Shown piece after piece: positions 27,480 through 36,595 of a stretch of 64,000 bases of DNA; position 1 is the stretch's first letter, and each line of letters opens with the position of its first letter. The notes below the pieces were generated by a model that was given only the letters and a program-made list of their open reading frames with translations, did no database searches and was not told the DNA's origin. This DNA comes from Patescibacteria group bacterium. GTDB lineage: Bacteria; Patescibacteriota; Dojkabacteria; J137. The stretch is taken from assembly GCA_016861265.1 (NCBI GenBank), contig BOLA01000001.1, forward strand, positions 761,352 to 825,351. The letters are read 5' to 3'. The translations under genes and the position numbers were made by a program.

Positions 27480-30101
27480 TTATTTAATATTTGAGATGGA
27501 CTTTTTTGCAATAAATGTTAGTAATGCAACCAATGGTATTGTAATTAATCCTATCACATTAATAAGTAAATGAATATTTAGCGGAAAACTTTGAACCTGG
27601 TAGTAGCTTTGAAATGGAAATATTGAGACAACGACCACAAATATAATTCCGATTAAAATTATTCCCGTTTTATGTAATATTCTTTTTGGTCTTAGCAAAG
27701 CAAACAATGCTGCAACAATTAATAGTGCTCCAATAATCAGTGCACCTAATATTATAGTCAATTCCGGTAATGTTCTACTTGCAGGATTTAACGGTAGTAT
27801 AGTTTCAAAACTACCCACCACCATAACCAGAATATAAAAGAAAATTACTACAAGTATATTTTTTAACTTTTTAGCCTCCCAAATTAAATACAATGAGTAA
27901 GTAATAGTTAAGCTCAGTATAAGAATTATTAACACTGTATTTATTTGAATAAAGTTCAATGTCGAACTGTTTTTTATATTTATGTAAAAGAGTAAGAATA
28001 TTATTGAATGCAATATAGCTACAGGTATTGATCCACTAAGAACATCTCTAAAAAAGCTTAATGAATTTGAAACCTTCTGTCTTGTAAACACAAGCACGTA
28101 ACTTGGTGCACTTGTTCCTAAAAAGCTGAATATTAGTGTAGAGGCCGGAACTAATGGATACTTTAATAAATTTAAAGAAAAGTAAAGTGATGTTAGTATT
28201 GCAAAAAAAGATTTTACAAGGAACATCTTGCTTGTCATTTTTAGATTGAATATTATATTCTCCCCTTCAAAGAATATAACAGGAATTTTCTGATAGTCAT
28301 TATTCAATAAGACTATATCGGAAACCTCACGAGCAATTTTGGATCCGCCTTCCATTGCAATAGAAACATCGCTGGCTTTTAGTGATAATACATCGTTAAT
28401 TCCGTCGCCTACCATTGCAACCTTATGACCGGTTGCCTGCAATGCCTTGACTATTGTTAGCTTATCTTCGGGCTTTGCTCTAGTAAAAATATCATTATCG
28501 TTTACAAGAGTATTTAAGTCTTCTTGATTTTCCGAAAGATCAACAATTCTCTCTGTTGATAATCCAAGCTTTTGCATTACTCTACTTACAGACTGCAGAC
28601 TATCACCGGATATAATCTTTACCTGAATATCTTGAGACTTTAAATCCTCGATAATATTTTTAATTCCTGGATTTAGTGTTTCTTCGATTGTAAATACAAT
28701 TACTTTTGCTGTTTTTGAATCAATTATTGTATTTAGGCTATCGTTTAGATCAAAATTTGGATTGTTTGTATCAATAAGCTTATTATCACTTTCGTACATT
28801 ATTCCTACCAATATTCTGTTTCCACTATTTTCCTGCTCAGAAACGTATTTCTCAATTTTTTGATTTACATTTGGGGCAATTCTTTCTCTAAGCATTGAAA
28901 ATGCTCCAAAGACTAGACTCTTATATGAATTATCAAATTTTGCACTAATTAAGCTGTACTTATTCTTTGAAGTAAATGGAACCTGGTCGAAATCACTGTA
29001 GTTTAGTTTTTCTGCTTTAGAAAAATACTTATTAATAATTTCCTGCGTCTTATTAACACTTACAATTTTCTCTTTTAGGGAATTATAGACAGTGGATATT
29101 TCACGTTCATCTGTATTAAAGTATTCAACATCTACAATCTTCATTTCGTTTGTAGTTATAGTACCTGTTTTATCGAAGCAAATTACATTTATATTAGATA
29201 AATCCTCAATGCTCCCTCCTTTTTGAACAAGTATTCCTTTGTTATACAATCTTGTAATGGAAATTGTAAACGTAAGTGTGAACAAGAATATTAACGTTTG
29301 AGGAATTATTAAGCTTATAATTGTGGTTAGCCCCAATACTCTTTCCTGAATTGGTGTATTGCTTAAAGAAGATAGATAAAAATTAAGCACTCCCATTACT
29401 AACGCAGCAATTACTAAGAACAAAATTAGTCGATCGCCGTTTATCTGCATTCTGCTACGTTTTTCTTTAAACTTTAAAGCTTCGGAACCAAGCTTATTTA
29501 GATAATTATTTTTACCGACATTAAGTACCTTATAAATGCATGTTCCTGTAACAATATAGCTACCTGAATAAACCTTCTCTCCTTCTAGTTTTCTTATGTA
29601 ATTTGATTCTCCATTAAGGGCAGATTCATCAATCTGTAAATAATTTTCTTCAATTATTTCTCCATCGGTTATAACACCTTCGCCCTCTTTCGATTTTATA
29701 AAATCACCCTCAACAATTTCCAATGTTGGAATCTCTTCTTCCTTACCGTCTCTAATGACTATTACTTTTTGTTGAAATTCAGTCTTCAGTTTCTCAAGTT
29801 GCTTCTTAATTCTGAATTCATCACTTATTGAAATTATCGTGTTAATAATAAGAAACGTTGAAAATGCTAATACATCGGTGTATAGCTGGTAAATTATTAA
29901 TGTAATTAATAACGGGAACACAACAACATTAATAAGACTAAAAATATTTCTCCTGAAAATTATAAAAGTGCTTGGGGTGTAGCTGTCGATTACTTCGTTT
30001 GTGAGTCCTAGTCTTTTCTTCTTCTGAACTTCTTCGGAGCTTAATCCTTGAATTTTTGTTTCCATATTTGTAGGTAAAGTTTTTTTATTATCTAATAGCA
30101 A
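27480..30101 (-). CDS. P-type cation-transporting ATPase (type II-like)
   Basis: DKTGTITTNEM phosphorylation motif, GDGINDVLSLKASDVSIAM hinge, about 10 TM helices. 873 aa. Confidence 0.85.
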   Translation of the reverse strand: MLLDNKKTLPTNMETKIQGLSSEEVQKKKRLGLTNEVIDSYTPSTFIIFRRNIFSLINVVVFPLLITLIIYQLYTDVLAFSTFLIINTIISISDEFRIKKQLEKLKTEFQQKVIVIRDGKEEEIPTLEIVEGDFIKSKEGEGVITDGEIIEENYLQIDESALNGESNYIRKLEGEKVYSGSYIVTGTCIYKVLNVGKNNYLNKLGSEALKFKEKRSRMQINGDRLILFLVIAALVMGVLNFYLSSLSNTPIQERVLGLTTIISLIIPQTLIFLFTLTFTISITRLYNKGILVQKGGSIEDLSNINVICFDKTGTITTNEMKIVDVEYFNTDEREISTVYNSLKEKIVSVNKTQEIINKYFSKAEKLNYSDFDQVPFTSKNKYSLISAKFDNSYKSLVFGAFSMLRERIAPNVNQKIEKYVSEQENSGNRILVGIMYESDNKLIDTNNPNFDLNDSLNTIIDSKTAKVIVFTIEETLNPGIKNIIEDLKSQDIQVKIISGDSLQSVSRVMQKLGLSTERIVDLSENQEDLNTLVNDNDIFTRAKPEDKLTIVKALQATGHKVAMVGDGINDVLSLKASDVSIAMEGGSKIAREVSDIVLLNNDYQKIPVIFFEGENIIFNLKMTSKMFLVKSFFAILTSLYFSLNLLKYPLVPASTLIFSFLGTSAPSYVLVFTRQKVSNSLSFFRDVLSGSIPVAILHSIIFLLFYINIKNSSTLNFIQINTVLIILILSLTITYSLYLIWEAKKLKNILVVIFFYILVMVVGSFETILPLNPASRTLPELTIILGALIIGALLIVAALFALLRPKRILHKTGIILIGIIFVVVVSIFPFQSYYQVQSFPLNIHLLINVIGLITIPLVALLTFIAKKSISNIK

Positions 30102-30107
30102 AATTGA

Positions 30108-30671
30108 TTAATCAATTGATTTATTCCAGAAGATATCATCTACCTTTCCTTGTTTATTGGCAAGTCTTGCCAGTACAAATAAGTAATCCGATAGTCTATT
30201 CATAAATCTCTGAATTTCAATAAGTTCATTATCGTCAACCTTCATGCTAGATGGGCTTTCCTCTTTATAGCTATGTATATATTTTATTAATTGTCTCTCT
30301 GCTCTTCGGCAAATAGTTCTTGCTAAATGAATGTTGGCGCTTAATCTTGTTCCGCCGGGCAAAATAAATTGGGTTAATGCAGTAAGTTGTTCGGTGATTA
30401 AATCGATTTGATTCTCCAATTTAGTTGTGTAACCTGAAAAATCAAAGTTCGAACTAGCACCGCATAAACAGCTTCCAATATTAAAAATTATATTTTGAAT
30501 TTTTTGCAATTCATTTGTAATTTCTATTGAATCTTCGGCAATTGCAACACCTAATGCCGCGTTTAATTCATCAAATGTTCCAATTGTTTCTATGATAATT
30601 GATTGTTTTGCTACTCGTCCGCCAATAACTCCTGTTTTTCCTTTATCACCGGTTTTTGTATAAATTTTCAT
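30108..30671 (-). CDS. ATP:cob(I)alamin adenosyltransferase, PduO-type
   Basis: N-terminus MKIYTKTGDKGKTGVIGGRVAKQS...GTFDELNA matches the PduO/MMAB family signature. Confidence 0.8.
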   Translation of the reverse strand: MKIYTKTGDKGKTGVIGGRVAKQSIIIETIGTFDELNAALGVAIAEDSIEITNELQKIQNIIFNIGSCLCGASSNFDFSGYTTKLENQIDLITEQLTALTQFILPGGTRLSANIHLARTICRRAERQLIKYIHSYKEESPSSMKVDDNELIEIQRFMNRLSDYLFVLARLANKQGKVDDIFWNKSID

Positions 30672-30765
30672 ATGTTAGAATTTTACACCATAGAATGAGT
30701 AAATTTGAGCTTGCAAGGCTTTTTCTATTAATTTATACTTACTCTAACTAGGTTAAATTTAAATC

Positions 30766-33363
30766 TTGAAATCACTATTTAGGTTATTCAAAAACGAAAA
30801 GTATAGAACTTTATTTCTGGTATTCATTTTTATCTTCAACTCAGCAGTATTTTTTAAGATGTCTGCTGATGTTAAGTATACCTCTACAGCAGGTGCATGT
30901 AACTTGTGGTGTATTGCAGACCCAGAAACTTCACAAGTAAATACAAGTATGAATGTAGGTGGAATTGGAGCCTTTATTAACCAGCCTTTAAGTAACGGGT
31001 TTTTAGGCGATGAACTCTACTCTGTTAAATATGCCAGATGCGTTGATGAATTAGGTAAGGATGCTTGTAAACCAGAATACACAACTCTTCAGACTGCTAT
31101 GTACTTAGGTTCCCCCGATGGGAGTACATTCAGCACAGTGAACGCAATATCATCTTTAAATGTAGCTATTATTACAGATAGACCCATTAGTGCTGTAGAT
31201 TACTTTCAAGACAAAGTTTATGCATTAACACACTTTAATACTGTTTCTGCTCAACCAGCTGATGCAAGTATTACAGGACGAGAAGCATATTACTCTCCAG
31301 GAGGAACAGGATTTAATTTATTAAAACCTATTCAGAACTTTTGGAGTTGGTCTGTAAGAGTGGTTTATGGTTTTTTACTTATTATTGTTGTAATAATTGC
31401 ATTTGCAATTATGTTCAGGCAAAGGCTTTCAGGTAACGTAGAAGTTACAGTTCAGAATGCCATTCCTGCCATTGCAATGGCCATGATTTTGGTTCCATTA
31501 AGTTACGCAATTTCCGGATTGTTTATTGATTTTATTACTGTGGGAACAAATGCAGTACATGAGTTCTTAATAGGAACTCCGGGTTCTCCAGGACATAGCT
31601 TCTACCAAGGTTCAGACGATCCAGATAATCTTAGAAATCCTCTAAACTCAAGTGATCCATATACTGATAGAGGTTATTACCCAGACGATGTTAGAGTTGA
31701 TTGGTTAAGGGCAAGAGATAAGATTAATGTTTCAACAACCTTTGGTGCAGTTGCGCAAGATTTAGGAGAAGTTTCAGGACTTAATGGAAATGTAATCTTT
31801 CTTGCTGTGGGCAGTATAGTGAATGCACTAACAGGAAAAGGTCAGGATGCAGACCCTGCGGACTTTACCTGGGTGGGTGATATTGTTCAATTCTTTATTT
31901 CCATTGTTACTCTCTGGATTGGTATTCAAATTTTCGTGCACTTATTTAAAAAATACATAACAATAATACTTTACCCTGTAATGTCTCCATTTATATTCGC
32001 AACTGTTGCAATTCCTGGTAATGGTACAAAGAGTATTATGCAGTATGTAAAAGTTATGGGTGCCGCAGCCTTGGCGTTTATTGTTACTTACGCAATGTTC
32101 CTACTAAGTATTATATTTACCAGTAAGGAATTCTTAGCGGATGTACCAACATTTGCTAGTGGAAGTTTTAATCCACCTTTATTAGGACTTAAATCCATTG
32201 GTATAGGAAGTAACGAGATGACTCAATTACTATTAACATTAATAGGTCTAGGAATTTACTTCTCAATTCCTAATACATTAAAATCAATCGATACAGCTCT
32301 TGGAGCAAACAATCCATTACCTAAGTTTATTACAACACCTATTGATTCATTCAGAGAAAGTCAGAGAGTTATGTTTAAGACAGCACCAGCATTGGCAGGT
32401 AGAGCTGCATTAACTGGAGGTAGATTTGCTGGCAATGCTGCATCGTCTCCATTTAGAGCATTCTCAGGAGCCATGGATATTGCGGATAGAGTTAGGGGAA
32501 TTGATCCAGAGAAAGACTACAGAAGTTATAGAAATAGGCAAAGAGCTGCAAGACAGTCCAGAACGGATAGCACAAAAGCTTGGGTAGATAGAGCTAAGCA
32601 AAGTAAGAATCCGTTGGTTCGAGGAGCAGCTGCAGCAGCAGGTGCTGTGGCAAACGCAGAAAACACTCTTGCAGGACAAATTGAAGGTACAGGATCATCA
32701 CTACCTTCAGATGTTCAGAGACCAAAAGTAGAAATTACAGGTGATAAGATTTTAATTCCAAGACAAGACATTATCCCAATTTTGTCAGGTAAAGGTATTG
32801 TTACAAGAGGAAGAATAATTGACTACTCTGCCTACAATGCAGCTGGTAGAGGTGAAATAACATTAGCTACGGGAACTCTAGAGTTTAAGGTAACAGGACC
32901 TTCGGTTAATCTTCAGTTCCCCCCAAGCCTAGTGTTTGGAGATACTGTGCCTAAATATACCGGAAGAACGGATGCATTTAAATATGGAAAAGATTTATTC
33001 ACAATTAAGCAGTCTGGGACTACAGAAACTCAGATCGATAAACTTGAATATAAAGATGTAAGTAATACAGATAAGAAGGTAAATTCTGGGACTCCAGAGA
33101 AACTAGCAATTATGTTAGATAAAGGTGTTAAGCCAGGAGGTAACGATACTGTTAAGGTTGACTACAGAATTATAACAAGGGATCCAGAAGGATTGTTTGG
33201 TACAACTACTGCAAATCCTAGTATTCTAACTCCAAATAGTGCTGCTGCTATCTTGAGGCCTGGAGTAGAAGTTAAGACTGAGAATCCTGCATATGCTGTC
33301 AAGGTTAATGGTAATGATGACTTTACTACAAACCCATTCAAATTTTCTGTTAGACTGTCATAA
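30766..33363 (+). CDS. Large polytopic membrane protein with a VirB6/TrbL-like central TM bundle and long extracytoplasmic N- and C-terminal regions
   Basis: 865 aa. Signal anchor, Cys-containing N-domain, 6-7 clustered TM helices (WSVRVVYGFLLII..., IPAIAMAMILVPL..., FFISIVTLWIG..., LYPVMSPFIFATV..., LLLTLIGLGIYF), then Gly/Ala/Arg-rich and beta-rich C-terminal regions. Confidence 0.4.
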   Translation: MKSLFRLFKNEKYRTLFLVFIFIFNSAVFFKMSADVKYTSTAGACNLWCIADPETSQVNTSMNVGGIGAFINQPLSNGFLGDELYSVKYARCVDELGKDACKPEYTTLQTAMYLGSPDGSTFSTVNAISSLNVAIITDRPISAVDYFQDKVYALTHFNTVSAQPADASITGREAYYSPGGTGFNLLKPIQNFWSWSVRVVYGFLLIIVVIIAFAIMFRQRLSGNVEVTVQNAIPAIAMAMILVPLSYAISGLFIDFITVGTNAVHEFLIGTPGSPGHSFYQGSDDPDNLRNPLNSSDPYTDRGYYPDDVRVDWLRARDKINVSTTFGAVAQDLGEVSGLNGNVIFLAVGSIVNALTGKGQDADPADFTWVGDIVQFFISIVTLWIGIQIFVHLFKKYITIILYPVMSPFIFATVAIPGNGTKSIMQYVKVMGAAALAFIVTYAMFLLSIIFTSKEFLADVPTFASGSFNPPLLGLKSIGIGSNEMTQLLLTLIGLGIYFSIPNTLKSIDTALGANNPLPKFITTPIDSFRESQRVMFKTAPALAGRAALTGGRFAGNAASSPFRAFSGAMDIADRVRGIDPEKDYRSYRNRQRAARQSRTDSTKAWVDRAKQSKNPLVRGAAAAAGAVANAENTLAGQIEGTGSSLPSDVQRPKVEITGDKILIPRQDIIPILSGKGIVTRGRIIDYSAYNAAGRGEITLATGTLEFKVTGPSVNLQFPPSLVFGDTVPKYTGRTDAFKYGKDLFTIKQSGTTETQIDKLEYKDVSNTDKKVNSGTPEKLAIMLDKGVKPGGNDTVKVDYRIITRDPEGLFGTTTANPSILTPNSAAAILRPGVEVKTENPAYAVKVNGNDDFTTNPFKFSVRLS

Positions 33364-33367
33364 TTCG

Positions 33368-35041
33368 TCACAATACATTTCCGCCGTTCAAATACTCAGT
33401 TAGAACTTCAAAGTTTTCCTCCTCAAAATGAATATTTTCTGAAAGGAATATATTGTTGTAACCAATTAGTCTAAGATTTTCTAATAGATTCTTTACATTT
33501 ATTGTAATTATTATATCTTTCTCATCAAGTAAATTTTTTTCCCTCACTTGAAGTATGGAGTAAGTGTTGGAAATTGAAAACACACCGTTTATTATTGAGA
33601 GGTAGGCTTTTACAGCCTTTTCATTAATGAAATCTAATATATGCTTAATGTAATTAGAATCTGAACTAAAAATATCAATAATGTTTTCAATTTGTATATC
33701 TTCCTTTTTTATTATTGAATTTTCAATACTAGTTTCAATAATATTAATTATCAATCCCGAATCATCTTTGGGTGTGGAAATAATACTTCTTAACTCAATT
33801 GCTGTGTTTAATAATTCAATTGAACGCTTAAGATTATAGATTTCAAAATTTATTGGCACTGCAATGAAATCATTTAGAACATCCGCTATAAATTTGGATT
33901 TATTCTCTATCCTAGAAATAATTTGTGTTCTTGTATCTTCGTCGATTTCCAATTCAATATTTCCTTCAAATGTAGAGAATAGTATTTGTAAGATAGGGCC
34001 ATTGTCATATATAAATTGGAGTAAGCTTACATTGAATTCTTCGTAATATTTTAAAAAATTGCACTGATATTTCAATGTTAGTGTAAAAAATTGTGTAATC
34101 TCATTATTAAGTATTTTTTCCTCTCTTAATCTGTCTAGTAGTTCGTAGAAGTCTTTGTCATCAGTAATAATATTAAGATCTTTCATTTTGACCTCTTTTA
34201 CACTACTATCAAATATAGTTCGAGAGAATTCGATTAGGAAGTCTAAATCTCGTTGATTTAGATTAGATAAACTTGAGAAGATGTTTCTAAAGTTTTCCTT
34301 ACTAATACTGTTTAGTTTAATAAGGTAATTAATCTTTTTTAATAAATAATCACTACCGGCATTTATAGATCTATAATAATCCAACTTATTCTTGATTACT
34401 TTTAGATTTATACCTGAAGTTATGCCTGCAACCGTAATTGAATTATTGATTTTGTAAAATTCTGCAGGGTTTATGCATTCAAGATAACTCGAAATGAAAT
34501 TACAAATGTAGAATCTAACATTGGAATTATTTATATTTGACTCCGTGATAATCTCAATATTTTTCATGAACTCGTTAAAAAGAGACTCAATATCTTCTGT
34601 ATAAATAAATATTCTAAGTAACTGCTCTACTTCAACTTTCAGGAGACTTAATAATAAGGCAGGATCTACCTGAGACTCGGAACACAAGTCTCTTATAAAC
34701 TCTAGTGTAGTTTCATCTTTACTATAAATATTCGATATTAATTCTATTAATTTAGTATGAGTATTCCCTTGGATAAAATGAGTATAAATTTTATTGAGAA
34801 TTTCTCTCTGTTCTAATTTTTTAGATAAATCAATTTCATTTGTAAGGATTTCCTTAGTTGAAAAATGCAATAATCCAATGGGAGAGAATGTATAGTTATT
34901 TGGATAATAGAAGATTACATCTTTTTGGGGTATTTCAAAAATTGAGGAGAATAAGTAGTACCGAGCTAATGTCAGTTTCTCTTGATTCAGTTTGTACTTT
35001 ATATTACCTTGTAGGTATTGATATATGTATTCCTCATTCAT
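33368..35041 (-). CDS. Hypothetical cytoplasmic protein (557 aa, Asn/Ile/Leu/Glu-rich)
   Basis: Clean long ORF, no motif recognised. Confidence 0.5.
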   Translation of the reverse strand: MNEEYIYQYLQGNIKYKLNQEKLTLARYYLFSSIFEIPQKDVIFYYPNNYTFSPIGLLHFSTKEILTNEIDLSKKLEQREILNKIYTHFIQGNTHTKLIELISNIYSKDETTLEFIRDLCSESQVDPALLLSLLKVEVEQLLRIFIYTEDIESLFNEFMKNIEIITESNINNSNVRFYICNFISSYLECINPAEFYKINNSITVAGITSGINLKVIKNKLDYYRSINAGSDYLLKKINYLIKLNSISKENFRNIFSSLSNLNQRDLDFLIEFSRTIFDSSVKEVKMKDLNIITDDKDFYELLDRLREEKILNNEITQFFTLTLKYQCNFLKYYEEFNVSLLQFIYDNGPILQILFSTFEGNIELEIDEDTRTQIISRIENKSKFIADVLNDFIAVPINFEIYNLKRSIELLNTAIELRSIISTPKDDSGLIINIIETSIENSIIKKEDIQIENIIDIFSSDSNYIKHILDFINEKAVKAYLSIINGVFSISNTYSILQVREKNLLDEKDIIITINVKNLLENLRLIGYNNIFLSENIHFEEENFEVLTEYLNGGNVL

Positions 35042-35043
35042 AA

Positions 35044-35892
35044 TTAGGCTGCTTTAGTGAGTGCCGCCGGTTGTCCAAAAGACAGTAAATTGGAAATTTT
35101 CTCCACTGCTGTAAGGGTCTCATGTGTAATTCCAGAATCCACAGGCTCAAGACCTTTTAGCTCTGGGTCGAGTTTTGCTAAACTGCCTGGAATTCTATTT
35201 AAAATGGTTCTGCCGGCTAAGAAATTAAGAGCAAATGCTGTAGTTTGTCCCAATATTGTTGTTGTCAAGTCAAATGGGGCCATTACTACGTTAGTTCCTG
35301 CAAGTAACATTCTATTTCTAAATGTATCATTATCACTACTACCATTAATGAATATTTCGAAGTCAGTTCTTTTATCAAAAGCAGCTCTATAAATTCTATC
35401 GCCTACTATAATAGGGCCAAGTACTGGACCAGCAAATCCTGGTAAAGCTAAGTGTGCTAAATTCATTGCGGTAATTTCTCCCGCACCATATTTAACAAGT
35501 CTTGGTGTTAGATTAATTAATTCTACAGCCTTATCTATTCCTTTTGCCTTCATGATTTGACTAACTTCGGGGGTTAACCTATCTGATATTCCTGAGGCTT
35601 GTTGTTTTCTGCCTTCCTTGGTTCCTATATTCACACCAAATGGACCAAAACTTAAACCCGGTTCTGCACCCCCTATAACCACATCTTTCAACTGTGCAGG
35701 TCCATAAGCTCCCGCTGGTAGTATTTCCGGTCTCTTTACCTTCTTGACTTTCCTTTGTCCTGGTTTCGAAACATCAATAGGCGACCATAACTCACTATCA
35801 ACAAGATCTCCTGCATTGTATGGTTGAGGTACACCCGCCGCATATCTTTCGGGTCTATGTATTCCTATTGGTCCAAATACACTTGATTTCAT
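35044..35892 (-). CDS. Hypothetical soluble protein (282 aa), Gly/Pro/Ala-rich, GC about 43-45%
   Basis: Clean ORF with codon composition shifted toward GC relative to neighbours. Confidence 0.5.
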   Translation of the reverse strand: MKSSVFGPIGIHRPERYAAGVPQPYNAGDLVDSELWSPIDVSKPGQRKVKKVKRPEILPAGAYGPAQLKDVVIGGAEPGLSFGPFGVNIGTKEGRKQQASGISDRLTPEVSQIMKAKGIDKAVELINLTPRLVKYGAGEITAMNLAHLALPGFAGPVLGPIIVGDRIYRAAFDKRTDFEIFINGSSDNDTFRNRMLLAGTNVVMAPFDLTTTILGQTTAFALNFLAGRTILNRIPGSLAKLDPELKGLEPVDSGITHETLTAVEKISNLLSFGQPAALTKAA

Positions 35893-35992
35893 AATTTGAT
35901 TTAACTTAGGTAGATTTTAACATTATTGGTTTTGAATATAAATGCTTTGGCGGGAGATAGCTCTCCCGCCTCGGCTCATTAACATGATGTCG

Positions 35993-36499
35993 TTACTGTC
36001 CGCCCACAGGTGGCAGCGGCAGAATCGCCGTACCTGGCACCTTGAGCAGTACCCACACCACCGTAAAATAGGTGATGAAGAGGACAATACCTCCGATGAG
36101 CGTCCAGATGAACCGCCGGGGAAATCCCCCACGCTGCCAGCCCCTTACTGTAAAGTAATTGATGAGGCTAAAGAACAGCGTTAATGGAACGACAACCAGC
36201 ATTTTCGTGAACATGAATTTTGCGGGTTCAGCCCAGAAAAATACCAGTCCCGCGCCGTAGACGACTGGAACGACGACCAAATGGATCAGCAGCGTGGGCA
36301 ACAGAACTTCTCCTCTGGGATTGCGCGGTGCGACTACTGCGGGCCATGTGCGAATGCCCCAGCGCACCAGCGAATTCAAGAAGAAAAATATAAGAGCTAC
36401 GCCGATGAAGGCAATGAGGTTGTTTCGCGGCTGGCTCAGAAACCAGTCAACACGCAAAACCGCCCAGCGCCAACCTTCTTCCAAAATTTGCTCGATCAC
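35993..36499 (-). CDS. Hypothetical 4-5-TM membrane protein in a high-GC islet (about 60% GC)
   Basis: 168 aa. 37/60 GC at 36301-36360. GC-rich hairpin ggcgggaga-tagc-tctcccgcc at 35951-35972 just downstream. Confidence 0.5.
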   Translation of the reverse strand: MIEQILEEGWRWAVLRVDWFLSQPRNNLIAFIGVALIFFFLNSLVRWGIRTWPAVVAPRNPRGEVLLPTLLIHLVVVPVVYGAGLVFFWAEPAKFMFTKMLVVVPLTLFFSLINYFTVRGWQRGGFPRRFIWTLIGGIVLFITYFTVVWVLLKVPGTAILPLPPVGGQ

Positions 36500-36595
36500 G
36501 ATTCAATCCTCCGATTGCACGACTTGTTAAATGAGCTATATATACATTATATAGTATTTGTAGCAAAATGTAAAGATTCCTTAGCAGTTAAAGGT

